64,000 nucleotides of DNA. Origin: Lama guanicoe. Lineage: Eukaryota. Positions 1 to 10,559 of this stretch are shown piece by piece. Within the stretch, counting starts at the first letter, position 1; the number at the start of each line of letters is the position of its first letter. A program made the position numbers and the translations under genes. Below the pieces are notes generated by a model, which had not been told where the DNA came from, did no database searches, and was given only the letters and a program-made list of their open reading frames with translations. The stretch lies in assembly GCA_013239625.1 (NCBI GenBank), contig MU053594.1, positions 1,148,536 to 1,212,535 of the forward strand, given 5' to 3'.

Positions 1-473
1 TTCTATTTCATTCTTCTTAAAGGGACAGAATGTTTTTGTTCAGGAGAGCAATGTGGCCAGCTAAAAATACCACTTTCCCTCATTCTGTTGTAGTGAGTGG
101 TGGCCATGGTCACAATTTTGTCAGTGAAATGTAGGAGGATCCCTAGGAAGAGCTTGCCCTCTTGAATAGAAAGAGTTGTCCATCCCCTATTCCTGCCTGG
201 AGTTAGGACATGAGGCCCGGAGGTGCAGCAGCTATTTTGTAGCCATGAAGCACCAGCATGGGGATGAAACTCTACACATTATGGGTGGCAGGGCAGAGAG
301 ACCAAGACACCCTGGGTCCCTGGTGGCACTGTTGAGTGGCTGCGTTAGCCCTGAACTGATCATCTCTAAACTTCTTATTAGGTGAATCAACTAAACTCTT
401 ATTTTTAAAAAAGGCTACTGAACAGGTTTTGGGGATTCTGTTACTTGCAGCCAAATGTAATCTTATCAGTACA
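1..473 (+). mobile_element. Old ERVL-MaLR LTR (MLT1H/J-type), possibly starting before the window
   Basis: MLT1-type segments GCAGCAGCTATTTTGTAGCCATGA and TGGCAGGGCAGAGAG; 3' end TCTGTTACTTGCAGCCAAATGTAATCTTATCAGTACA. Confidence 0.7.
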
Positions 474-669
474 AGGCCAATCTTGGAGAGGTATGATGAG
501 AATGAAGACAGTAAGAGATAAACAAAATATGCCAGGCAGGTGCAGTAGTAAGAATGCTACAGAAAAGAACTGAGACACTGGGGAGACAAAATTGGGTTTT
601 ATAATTGAAAGCAATAGAAATAATATTAAATATTAAGTATCACGTGAGTGTTTATTTATATATCACTAT

Positions 670-862
670 ATTTTATATCAGCATTAGCATTTATTGTATA
701 CCTGAAGCTTTTCAAAAATGAGCTGAACTTATTTAATTTACACATCAGACTGGTATGGATATCAATCATCATCTTTGTTTGAGAACCTGGAACATTCAGG
801 CACAGAAGTAGACTTAGTCACAAGATAAGTAAGGGGCAGAGCCAGGAATGGAATCCAGGTCA
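670..862 (-). mobile_element. MIR SINE (degenerate)
   Basis: AGGCACAGAAG...GTCACAAGATAAGTAAGGGGCAGAGCCAGGAATGGAATCCAGG resembles the reverse-complement MIR core. Confidence 0.65.
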
Positions 863-1256
863 CCTCAGGCCAAGGTGGGGAGGTGTCCCTCGGTACCACT
901 TTGGAGCTCAAGTGCATACTCTCTGAGTAAGGCCAGGAATGGAGATGGTAGAGAGACCAGAGATTGAGGAGAGAAGATGGTCCAGGGCTCAGGTCCATTT
1001 GGGGACTCTAGGAATGAAGGGCCAGGACATTCCCATTGTGCTACAGGAGAGCAATCAATGAGCTTGGGGTTCCAAAAATCATAACAAGAGGAGTGTCTAC
1101 ATGTAACTGGGGTTTTCAGTCTGAAAGGACAGTAACCCTCTAAAGACCAGGGATTAGGAGAGCAGGCAACAGTCCCATGAGTGAAAGATATTGGAATAGG
1201 AAAGTCCAGACTTCTTGAGATTTTTATGAAAAAATGAGCATAAATACTTGTTAAAA

Positions 1257-1350
1257 ATTCAATAAGCACATCTTAAACATATACGATGGATAAAGCATCG
1301 TGTTAGATAAGGTGAAGGCTACAAAAATAAGTAAAGAACCAGTGGTCCCA
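1257..1350 (-). mobile_element. L2 LINE 3' tail fragment
   Basis: ATTCAATAAGCAC...GTGTTAGAT...ACAAAAATAAGTAAAG...GGTCCC resembles the reverse L2 3' end. Confidence 0.5.
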
Positions 1351-1727
1351 GTTAAGGGGGGAAATTCAATTAATGCATCAATAGCTTTGGACTTCAAACT
1401 GCATCCAGCGACTAATTAGGAGTTTTGTTTTTGTCCTGAAATAGGGGATGAGCACTGGGCTGGTGTGGTGCCTCCAGAATGTCTTCAGAAACCAGAATCT
1501 TTCTGTATTTCCCTCCGGGATAGGAGAAGCCTAGTGGACACAAGATGGTTAGGGATTTCCAGCATCTCCCTGTGTCCTAGGCAGGGAAAATGAGAAAGGC
1601 AAAGCCCTGGGGCCACAGCAGCTGTGTCTACCCCCACCCCTCTTTTAGGGGGCTTTCCTGACAGTCTCACACTAGGACTGCCCCTTACACATCATTGGTA
1701 AGAATCGTGCTATGTGGACTTTCCTAT

Positions 1728-2122
1728 TGTTATGGACTGAATGTCTGTGTCCTCAAAATTCATATGCTGAAGCCCTAACACCCATCCTCACCGTGTGATA
1801 GCATTTGGAGATGTTGTCTTTGGGAGGTGATTAGGTTCAGACTAGGTCGTGAAGGTGGGAACCCTATGATGGAATTAGCGCCCTTTTCAGAAGAAGACAG
1901 ATTACTCTGTCTCCACACCCATGCATTGAGGACAGGCCGGGTGAGCATACAATGAGAAGGGGGTTTGTCTCCATCTAGGATGCCAGTCTTCCCCAGGAAC
2001 TGAATCTCCCTGCACTTTGATCTTGAATTTCCCAGTGTCTAGAACAGTGAGAAATACACGTCTGTTATTTAAGTCACTCCATCTGTGTTATTTTGTTACA
2101 GCAGTCCAAGCTGACTATGGCC
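1728..2122 (+). mobile_element. Solo MLT1A-type LTR (ERVL-MaLR)
   Basis: Starts TGTTATGGACTGAATGTCTGTGTCC...AAATTCATATGCTGAAGCCCTAA; ends TTTTGTTACAGCAGTCCAAGCTGACT; flanks CCTAT/CCTGT form a 4/5 match to a 5-bp TSD. Confidence 0.9.
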
Positions 2123-2399
2123 CCTGTATACAAGGCCAGCTGGGAAGGATGCCCATGTGACCCCCCCCAGGTAAAATCCATGGCTTGTTAATATAGTTGA
2201 GGGAAGGAGACCGGATAGGAGGCAGGTGACCAGCACTCTCTGACACAATCTCAAACATAAGAGGAGGCAGCCAATGGCCTTACGTCAATGCATTGCCTTT
2301 TGGAAGGTTGAATTTGATCCACTGAATAGAGTAACATAAGGCTAAGTATGTTAAAAAACAAAACACATGACAGAGGTAATAAATTCCCAAACACTTTAA

Positions 2400-2592
2400 A
2401 GTCAGTGTCTATCATGTCCCTATTTTATTTTTTCTCATAAGTACCTAAAATTTCTAATTGATTCACTTACATGTGATTTAAACATTAACATGTTGACTGT
2501 AAGTTCCTTAAGGGACACTGCCTGTCTCATTCACCCCAGTGCTGGAAGGGAGCATGACATACAATAGCCAATGGGTATGTATTTGTTGACTG
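2400..2592 (+). mobile_element. L2 LINE 3' end
   Basis: GACTGTAAGTTCCTTAAGGG...TGTCTCATTCACCCCAGTGCT...ATTTGTTGA. Confidence 0.7.
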
Positions 2593-2597
2593 GCAAA

Positions 2598-2820
2598 TTT
2601 TTATTAAACATACATTATAGGTAAGATGTTATTCTTTACATAGATTATTTTATTTAATCCTTACAATCATCATGTGAAGAGTATATCATTATTGGGTCTA
2701 TTTGACAGAGAAGCAAACATTGAGTCATAAAAACTCAGTTCCTTGTTCAATGTCACAGAGTTAAGTACATAGGTGAGCAGGTATAATGCCACAGTTGGGG
2801 TCCTAGTCACTACGCAATGC
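2598..2820 (-). mobile_element. MIR SINE
   Basis: ATTTAATCCTTACAA...ATTTGACAGAGAAGCAAAC...TTGTTCAATGTCACAGAG. Confidence 0.7.
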
Positions 2821-2859
2821 ACTCGGGAAGTGCAATTCTGCTCCCACAGTGCCCCAAAT

Positions 2860-3380
2860 GAGGAAGACCTAGCGATCTGGCTAGACCTTAAGGAATGAGC
2901 AAGAATCTTATAGGTGGCTGTAGCAGGAGACTAGGGGTGAGGGTGGGGAGAGGGATGGGAACCCCACTGTAATCAGAGGAAATAGTTTGGACCAGAGAAT
3001 CTAGTAATGATTTGGGAATAGTGAGTAGTCAGTTGTCCCAGCAAATGTGCACAGTGGTAGGTAAGGCTGGAAATGAGAAGTGGGTCCAGATTGAAACCAA
3101 GTGAAAGAATCTCAGTTTTATTCTTTAACGTAGACAGTGAGGAACCTTCAAAGTTTTCTAAGTGGTGAGGAACATGATTAGATCTGGGTTTGAGGAAGAC
3201 TGCTAGTGACAGCAGAGAGCCCAGATGTGAAGGGCTATCGATTGGAGGCAGGGAGCCTGAACCGTGATGGTTATACCAGGAAGGGAAAGAGGAGGATGGG
3301 TACCAAAGATGCTGCAGAACCAGAATCACAAGCCTCTGGGAGCTGAGTGAATGAGTCAGAGTGGACACAGAGGAAGCTGG
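2860..3380 (-). mobile_element. L2 LINE fragment
   Basis: Purine-rich reverse L2 signature GACAGTGAGGAACCTTCAAAGTTTTCTAAG...ACATGATTAGATCTGGGTTTGAGGAAGA...TGGAGGCAGGGAG. Confidence 0.7.
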
Positions 3381-3929
3381 ACTATAAGGAGAAGTGGCTG
3401 GACGAGAAAGAAGGGGGCAGGCGCTGACCCGAGCCAACGAGACGGGAATCATGGTTTTCTTGTTTCATGTCTGCTGACCTGACAGCAAGCAAATTCAGAG
3501 AGACACAATTTTTAGAGAATCTTAGGTCCCTCATTTAAATGTTGAGTGGTGATGCCCGGGTCTTCTGCCTGTATGACCTGTAACAAAATCCTAGCAAAAT
3601 GAGCCAGGGCTCCAGACTTCAGACTAGCACAGTGGGTCAGAAGAGTGGCTGCCAAGATTAGACTTCCCCTCTCCCACACCGGATGGGGCTAGTGGCTGAC
3701 GATGCTGCTCTCAACCATCCCCCGGATCTGAGGGGACTTTACTCCCCTGGCAGTAGTAGGGGCCATGCAAAGGCGCTGGATCGAAACCTTCCTGACTCTG
3801 ATGGCAGTAAAACTGGACTGAAAAGGAGGATGTGGGCTTTATCCACAGTAGGATGTGTTAGATTAGATGCTGAAGAACGTCCTAAGAGGATTTAGAATGC
3901 ATATGCCCAGAAATGCTGTAAAATCTCAG

Positions 3930-4382
3930 TCTTTGCAGGTAGAACAAATGAAGAATAAAGCCATCTCTACCTGTTCTCCGTGCACCCTCCTGCCTGTTAT
4001 TTCCCAGCCACAGCGGCCTCTTTTCTGCCCTCCATCTCCAAAACAGCATCCCTCCCAAGGCCTTGCCCTGTTCTGTGATTTTCTTCCCCTAAACTCATCC
4101 TTCTTGTTCTGCAGGTCCTGGTTCAAATCTCCTCTCCCACAGATGCCTTCCTGGACTGCCCCCCCCAAACTAACATTGCTCCCCAGCACCCTGCACCCCC
4201 ACTCACTCCGATTAGAGTTCCCTAATTTACATAATTTGACATGAATTTACGCCTTAAATTGTCTATCTCATGCAAGAGAATAAGTTTGAAGAGAGTGGGG
4301 ACCCTGCTGTCTGATTTGCAGCATTTCCACGGTGCTCAGAACATTTCTTGGCCCGTTGTAGATGTTCAACAAATACTTACAG
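3930..4382 (+). mobile_element. L2 LINE 3' region
   Basis: GGCCTTGCCC...TCCTTCTTGTTCTGCAGGTC...AGATGCCTTCC; ends GTAGATGTTCAACAAATACTT. Confidence 0.7.
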
Positions 4383-5919
4383 AGTGGAGGAGATAGACTG
4401 CCATAGAAGGGGGCATCCGATGTCTCCCTGCCACCTGTCCCTCACCTTGAGCTTGACTTTGTGTCCTCTTTCCAAACAGGGCAGCAGTTAGAATTTATAC
4501 TTCTCTGAGGATGAGGAAATGTGAATTACCATCCCCTACCCTACTCCGCCCTAAGCCACGCCTGGCCCCTCTGCCTGGTGAGCAGACAGCATGTGCAGGT
4601 GGCTTTGGGACATCCAGATATGCTCTAGTAAAAAGTGTTTGCAGGGAGCTCCTCTGGAGATGAAGAATAGTGTGGCCTGGCATGAAGTGAGTGTGTTACC
4701 GAATGAGGGTGCGGGAAATCTGTCTGTGCATTTCAACAGGAAGCTGATGGCATGTCATCGTGTGCAAATCAAGCACCGACTCATGTCAGTCCACGATCAG
4801 GTCCACAGAGGCCCCAGAATGTCCGTCTCCAGCTGACAAGGGCCCCTCCTCAGTCTTGGGTTCAGCAGAGACTGAGTGCCAGCGTGGCAGGTGCATGCCG
4901 GGAATCTGATCAGCATTCAGCTTAGGCAGCTTCGGGGCCTCATTAGTTTTAATGAATTAGCACTTTGGAAAAGGAGGGGATGATGTTACAGCGAGTGAGT
5001 GCAGTTCAGCTGCCTTCGTTTCTGCCCCAGTGAAGAGCTGTCGTCTTCCTTCATTTTTCTTTCTCCTCTCAGGTGTGGAAGCCTGAAACTTCTCTAAATG
5101 CTGGAATCAAAGACCTCTGCTTTTTCTATCCTAACCCATTCTCCAAGCTGTTTATAGACCAGAATCATGGCAATTTTTGAGTCACTGCAAGATGGAATCA
5201 TCCCAGCTGGAAACTCTGATGTCTGGGGTGGGACCCAGGGATGCTAGTGATTCCAACATCCCCATCTGTCTTCCTGCCACCCAAGTCCTGCTCCGATAAG
5301 CTGTTCAGCTGCTCTGTGGTTGGGAGTGGCTGGGTCACCACCCTTATCAGCAATGTGGACCAGAAAATTCCTTTGGGACAGAACTGGCTGAGGGGAAAGA
5401 AATCAAGAATTGGTGAGAGTAAAGGATTCTTTTAAATCTGTAAACTTGCATTCCTTTCAAAATAGTTGGGAAGCTGTTAATACATTGTGAAAGCAATTTG
5501 CTAAAGAAAGGGACAGTGAAGGAAACAGACAGAGTTGGTCAAAGGGAAGCCTAGGCAGAGAGACCCGCAGGAGAGAGAAAGGAACAAAGAGGCTGGAAAT
5601 ACTCAAGGACAGGCAGCCAGTGGCCGCAAGAGACATTCATCAAGACAGTGGCACGTTTCCACCTGGGACTTCTGCTGAGGATCCACTGATTTTGCCTGAG
5701 GGGACTGTTCTTCCCTTTTTCCTGGAGAACCGTGGCAATTTTTTGATGGAAACAGAAGCTGGGTAGAATCCAGTTGCTGCAACTGAATGATCCGATGGCT
5801 GTGAAGAATCAGAGCTGCAAACTGAAGGGGTTAGACCCAGATCGCTGACTGAAGAGCAGATTATTCCTCATTCTCTGGGTTCCCTGGAGGTTGGCTGCCT
5901 GGTCCCATTGTCTGGTATA

Positions 5920-6110
5920 ATCCCTGGTTCTGTAATTTATGAGATGAGCGAACTTGGACAAGTCCCTTAACTTTCCTGTAATTAATTTCCTCATCAGTAA
6001 AACAGGGATAATAATAGTCCCTGCCTTATATGCTCTTGTGAAGGTCAAGTGCGGTATCACAGGTCATGTGCATAGCACAGTGCCCGGTGCACTTAACTTG
6101 CTTATCATCA
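5920..6110 (+). mobile_element. MIR SINE
   Basis: CTTGGACAAGTCCCTTAAC...TTTCCTCATCAGTAAAACAGGGATAATAATAGT...AGCACAGTGCCCGG. Confidence 0.8.
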
Positions 6111-6382
6111 CCAATGTCATCACTGCTGTCACTGCAATCGCTGTCCTCCTCCTGGGCTGAGAGGTCCCACGTAGAGCAGGGCGGCAGGGACTCACTTCTA
6201 AAGACTGCCTATAACGTGCTGTTGCCAGTGATCATGTTCCTCCAACCACTGTGGTGAGGGGGTGAGAGCCTGTTCTTTACAGCTGGGAAGGAACCTCTTA
6301 ATATTTCTCTTTCAGGATATTATTATACTCTGGTGAATTAGGATGGGTGACAAAAGGAGTCTGGAGAAGAAGCAAATTGGTA

Positions 6383-6501
6383 GGGGGAGAGCATAGCTCA
6401 GCGGTAGAGCAAGTGCTTAGCATGCATGAGGTGATGGGTTCAATCCCCAGTACCTCCATATAAATAAAGAAAGCAAACCTAATTACCACCCCCTCCCCCA
6501 A
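6383..6501 (+). mobile_element. tRNA-derived SINE, camelid Vic-1 type, with perfect 16-bp TSD
   Basis: A-box TAGCTCAGCGG, B-box GGTTCAATCC, tail AAATAAAGAAAGCAAACCTAATTACC; TSD AAGAAGCAAATTGGTA at 6367-6382 and 6502-6517. Confidence 0.9.
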
Positions 6502-6563
6502 AAGAAGCAAATTGGTAAGTGGATTGGAAACCAGGTAGTCTAAATCTCAACACCATTTAAATT

Positions 6564-6736
6564 TTTTTTATTTTATTTTTTAACATTTTTATTGAGTTAT
6601 AGTCAGTTTACAATGTTGTGTCAATTTCCAGTGTAGAGCACAATTTTTCAGTTATACATGAACATATATATATATTCATTGTCACATTCTTTTTCACCGT
6701 GAGCTACCACAAGATCTTGTATATATTTTCCTATGC
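6564..6736 (-). mobile_element. 5'-truncated L1 3' end (lineage-specific)
   Basis: T-rich tail then TTTATTGAGTTATAGTCAGTTTACAATGTTGTGTCAATTTC; flanking direct repeats AAATCTCAACACCATTTAAATT (6542-6563) and AAATCTTACCACCATTTAAATT (6737-6758). Confidence 0.85.
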
Positions 6737-6784
6737 AAATCTTACCACCATTTAAATTAAACTTGATTCCAAATAGGAAGAGAT

Positions 6785-6940
6785 TATCAGCCATTGAGAA
6801 CCAATTATGAGCCAGACACTATGCCAGTTTATTTTACAAATGGTCCTGAATTTAGTGTTCACATGAAAGCTTTCAGGTAGCTATCATTACTGTCTTCTAG
6901 ATGAATAGCTTTTTGCTCAACATCACAAAGCATGGTGAAA
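6785..6940 (-). mobile_element. MIR SINE
   Basis: ATTGAGAACCAATTATGAGCCAGACACTATGC...AGGTAGCTATCATTAC...TTGCTCAACATCACA. Confidence 0.65.
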
Positions 6941-7369
6941 TGTATATGGTGTATGAATATGGCTAATATGTAAGTCAGCCGGCCAGGAGTGTGTCATGTG
7001 TATGGTCATATTGCAGTTCCAGACTCTAAGAGGTGAATGTGGTTTATGCTTCTGGACTTCTTTCAGGATGTCCTTGTAAGTTCAAGTTTCAACACTCTCT
7101 CTTTGCCCTAAACAGAGAAGTAACAAATAAAATTTAAAAATGGGAAGCCGATGAGAAATCAGTTGGCTCAAAAATAAGACAGATGCATCTGTGGACAAGA
7201 ACCAGAAGAACACACAAGCAGGGCAGAAAAAACACAGGGCAGGAAACGGGGATGAAATGGGGAATGGTATCGGGCTCACTGAGTATGGAGCTGGCTTGGG
7301 TTGATGTCCTGGTTCATGCCAGGAAGCTGAAAAAGCCATCCTTGGCTAATTTGTCTGGGGGCTGATTGA

Positions 7370-7524
7370 AGCGAGTGGGCATCAGAAGCACCAGGAGACT
7401 TAAAACAAATTGCTGAGCCCCCAGAGTGTTGATTTAGTAGGACTGGGGTAAGGATGTGCATTTCTCACTAGTTTCCAGGGATGCTGGATGCTTCTGCCCC
7501 AGGGCCACACTTTAAGAACCACTG
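7370..7524. mobile_element. MER5A-type hAT-Charlie MITE
   Basis: GCATCAGAAGCACCAGGAGACTT...TGCATTTCTC...CCACACTTTAAGAACCACTG. Confidence 0.75.
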
Positions 7525-7772
7525 TTTGACAGGAAGCTGTGGCTTCGAGGAGTGGGAAGAAAATGAACGTAGCTTTGTGAGCTGGTACTGTGTGAAGCCA
7601 CTGAATTCACGTCTGGATGTGTGATATCCTTAGCATCACTCCAGATCCAGCAACCATATTATACAGCCCTGGTTCTGGGTTTGGCCTCCAGGAAATCAAG
7701 CAGAGGCAAACATTCAATGACGAGATAATGCAAAACAAAACAAAACAGCATCCTGTTCAAAGTGATCCCTGC

Positions 7773-8060
7773 AGTCCATCAACAGATGAATGGATAAAGA
7801 AGATGGGGTATATATACACACAATGGAATAATACTCAACCATAAAAAAGAATGAAATTGCCATTTGTAGTGACATGGATGAACTTGGAGGGTATTATGCT
7901 GAGTGAAATAAGTCAAACAGAGAAAGATACATACTGTACGATATCACCTATATGCGGAATCTAAAGACTGCAACAAACTAGTGAATATAACAAAAAAGCA
8001 GCAGACTCACGGGTAGAAAAAACAAACCAGTGGGGAGGGGGAGGGAAGGTGAAATATAGA
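7773..8060 (+). mobile_element. L1 fragment (ORF2 C-terminus and start of 3' UTR)
   Basis: GTCCATCAACAGATGAATGGATAAAGAAGATG...ACATGGATGAACTTGGAGGGTATTATGCTGAGTGAAATAAGTCA; translation PSTDEWIKKM matches the L1 ORF2 end. Confidence 0.9.
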
Positions 8061-8199
8061 CCATTTGGCACCCACCTCCACTTGCTGAGGGACTGGGCAG
8101 ACTGGGAGAGTAATAGTTGGTGAACAGAGTGTTTTTTTGAATGAGAGACATCCTAGCTGATGCTCAGTGATAGACAGAACCCTGGAGGAAACAGCTGAG

Positions 8200-8330
8200 A
8201 CAGTCAGTCAGTCAATACTTAGCAGGTGCCCACACAACATAATACTGGGTGTTATGTCAAGCACAAAGGACACAAGACTAAAAATCATGGTCCCTTCTCT
8301 CAAGAAGTTCATAGTGTAAAGATCAGGATG
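8200..8330 (-). mobile_element. L2 3' tail
   Basis: CAGTCAGTCAGTCAATACTTAGC...ATGGTCCCTTCTCTCAAGAAGTTCATAGT. Confidence 0.6.
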
Positions 8331-8639
8331 GAAGGGAGTTAATTGCTGTTAATACCCAGGTTATAATTTACCAAGCAAGACAGTTTCTTACTGAAGTAAC
8401 CACCTTTTCTCTGAGAATGAAATTCACTAGCTGGTGACATCCCCTCCTCCAAACCCCCTCCCCCTTCTCCTCACCCCCCAGTGTCCAACCCTCCTCCCAG
8501 AGGAAATCTGCTCCATTCTCCCTTTTCCTGGTTTCTCTTCCTCTCTCCACTGAGACAGGACTGACCGTGGCTTGGCTGTAAAGTTGGGGTAGGCAGAGTT
8601 AGAGGATGGTCAAGGAATGATTTGAATGTGTGGTTCCTG

Positions 8640-9270
8640 CTCCCAGAATGTCCTTCCTTGTCTTCTTTCCTGGTTAGACTCTAGTCACCCTTGAGGTTTC
8701 AGCTGAGCTGTTGCTTCCTGGGGAAACCTTCCCTAACCCTTCACCCCCCAAACTCGGTTCTGTGCCTGTCTAGCCTGCCTGTATCACATCCCCTGTGTTC
8801 GGGTCTGTCTCGGGTCCCGGGCCAGACTGTGAATTCCTCAGTGCCTTGTCTAACCATTTCCTTCTTTACCTCTCACTTGTACAGAACCACGTGTGTTTCC
8901 CAGCATGGACCAACCTAAGGAGTTTTCAACACAAAAAAATTCTCCTTCCCATAGGACCCCCCTGCCCCCTGCCCAAGTCTACAGATATTGACAATTTCTA
9001 GTCCACTTCCAGGACTCAGCCTGCATACCACCTCTTACATGAATGAAGTCCCCCCACCCCACTTAACTACCTGCTGATGGAACAAACTAAGACTGGCTTC
9101 ACCTGGTACCTCCCTATCTTGGTACCTAATACATTTTATTTAAAATGTTCTATTTCTTGTCTTGTCCCTCTCACTAAGTTCCCTGAGGGTGGGACTTTCT
9201 GTTTCACTGTTGCTCCCCAGTACCCAGAATAGCTGGTGCTCAAAAAAAAACACTGAATGAATGAGTGACA
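8640..9270 (+). mobile_element. L2 3' fragments (probably two pieces)
   Basis: CAGAATGTCCTTCC...GGAAACCTTCCCTAACC; CTAAGTTCCCTGAGGGTGGGAC...CCCCAGTACCCAGAATAG...TGAATGAATGA. Confidence 0.7.
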
Positions 9271-10559
9271 CAGAGAAGCAATAAATCATAATCTTTGGGG
9301 GGAAAAATAAGAAAATTGTTTCTCCATTCAGAAGTTTAGATTGATTGAGAGATTTAAAATCTAGGGAAATCAAATAATCAGAAAAACGTTACACAATTAG
9401 GTACTAAACGTACATGTGTTACAGCAGGTCAGCAGACAGGGCTGATGTGAGCAAGACTAGTCTGATCACTGGACGCTTCATGGAGAAGGGGGCCTCTAAG
9501 AGGACGGCAGGATTTGGACCGAGAAAACAGAATGAAGAGGCTGTAGCTCTTTGAGATGCCAGGGAAGGCAGAGCTGGGGCTAAGTCAGCTCTCTGGAATT
9601 AGCACGCAAATCCTCACCCCTTAGTAGACATTTTGAATATAAGCTGTCAAGGCAATTAAATATCAGCTCTGACAAATCTGCATGTATTTTTGCTTCTGTT
9701 TTTAGATCTGATTGGCTCTTGTGTGAGGTAATTGTGGAAACTTCTGGGTAACAAGAGAACCCAGTGGCAGAGATGGTTTGTGTGGTGAGAGCACTTGGAA
9801 GCCCGGCACAGGGAGCTTCCAGAAAGGGCTGGCCGCGGGGCCCAAAGCCTTCAGTATAACCGCCCTGTGGGTTGTATGCACTGATTTATTTTTGGCAGCC
9901 TGTCTGCCTACCATGGGTATTTCTTTATTATTAGCTGATTCATCCGCTTCATAGAATGTGTCTTCTGACATTTTAAGCAGCCAGTAATAATGATGAACCA
10001 TTATTCTTTGGGCTGGTCCTTTACAGGTAGATCTTGGGGAGGAAAAGCCCTTTCCAGGTTCCCAGATCTGTGCAGAGGAGGTTTAGTGTTGCTCGCTGGC
10101 TGTGGGCGTAACTAGAAATGGGCCCTGGGGCCCCTCAGGGAGGAGGCTGAGCACTAGATTCTGAGTCCTTGAGCTGCACTGTAAACCAAGAAGAGCATCT
10201 CTTTGTTTTGTTCTCTGCAGCTCTTGGCCCAGCACTAACATGTTGGAGGCGCTCAGTGATGCTCGATGAGCTGACCTGGCTAGTCTGGGGGTGGTGGTGG
10301 TCAGAGTGGCTGACTCAGCCATTTCCAGCTTTGGGGCTGGAAACGTCTACGAAGACCTGTATTGTTTGATGGGCAGAAGCGTTGATCCCCCTTGTTTTCA
10401 TACCCTTCCCCCGAAATGGCCTAATACCTGCACCAGTAGAGCATTTCAGGCAGTGAGAACGGAGGTTCAACTGTCTCTGGAAAGTTGTCAATTCTTCATG
10501 TTATTTGTAAATGTGCGTTGTGCAGAGTTAATCTTTTTTGCCTGTGCCTCCAATCTTTG

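Noticed and set aside
2973..3452. 159-aa ORF (minus), and similarly ORFs at 11247-11853
   Set aside because: Lie within decayed L2 sequence; the S/L/P-rich translation reflects the pyrimidine-rich L2 strand
5290..5900. Possible very old LTR or exon-like purine-rich block
   Set aside because: Could not match it to any consensus I recall; no termini, TSD or splice pair found
6383..6456. Possible tRNA gene (also 14061-14135)
   Set aside because: Has A and B boxes, but also a SINE-specific 3' tail, a TSD and divergence between copies; these are tRNA-derived SINEs
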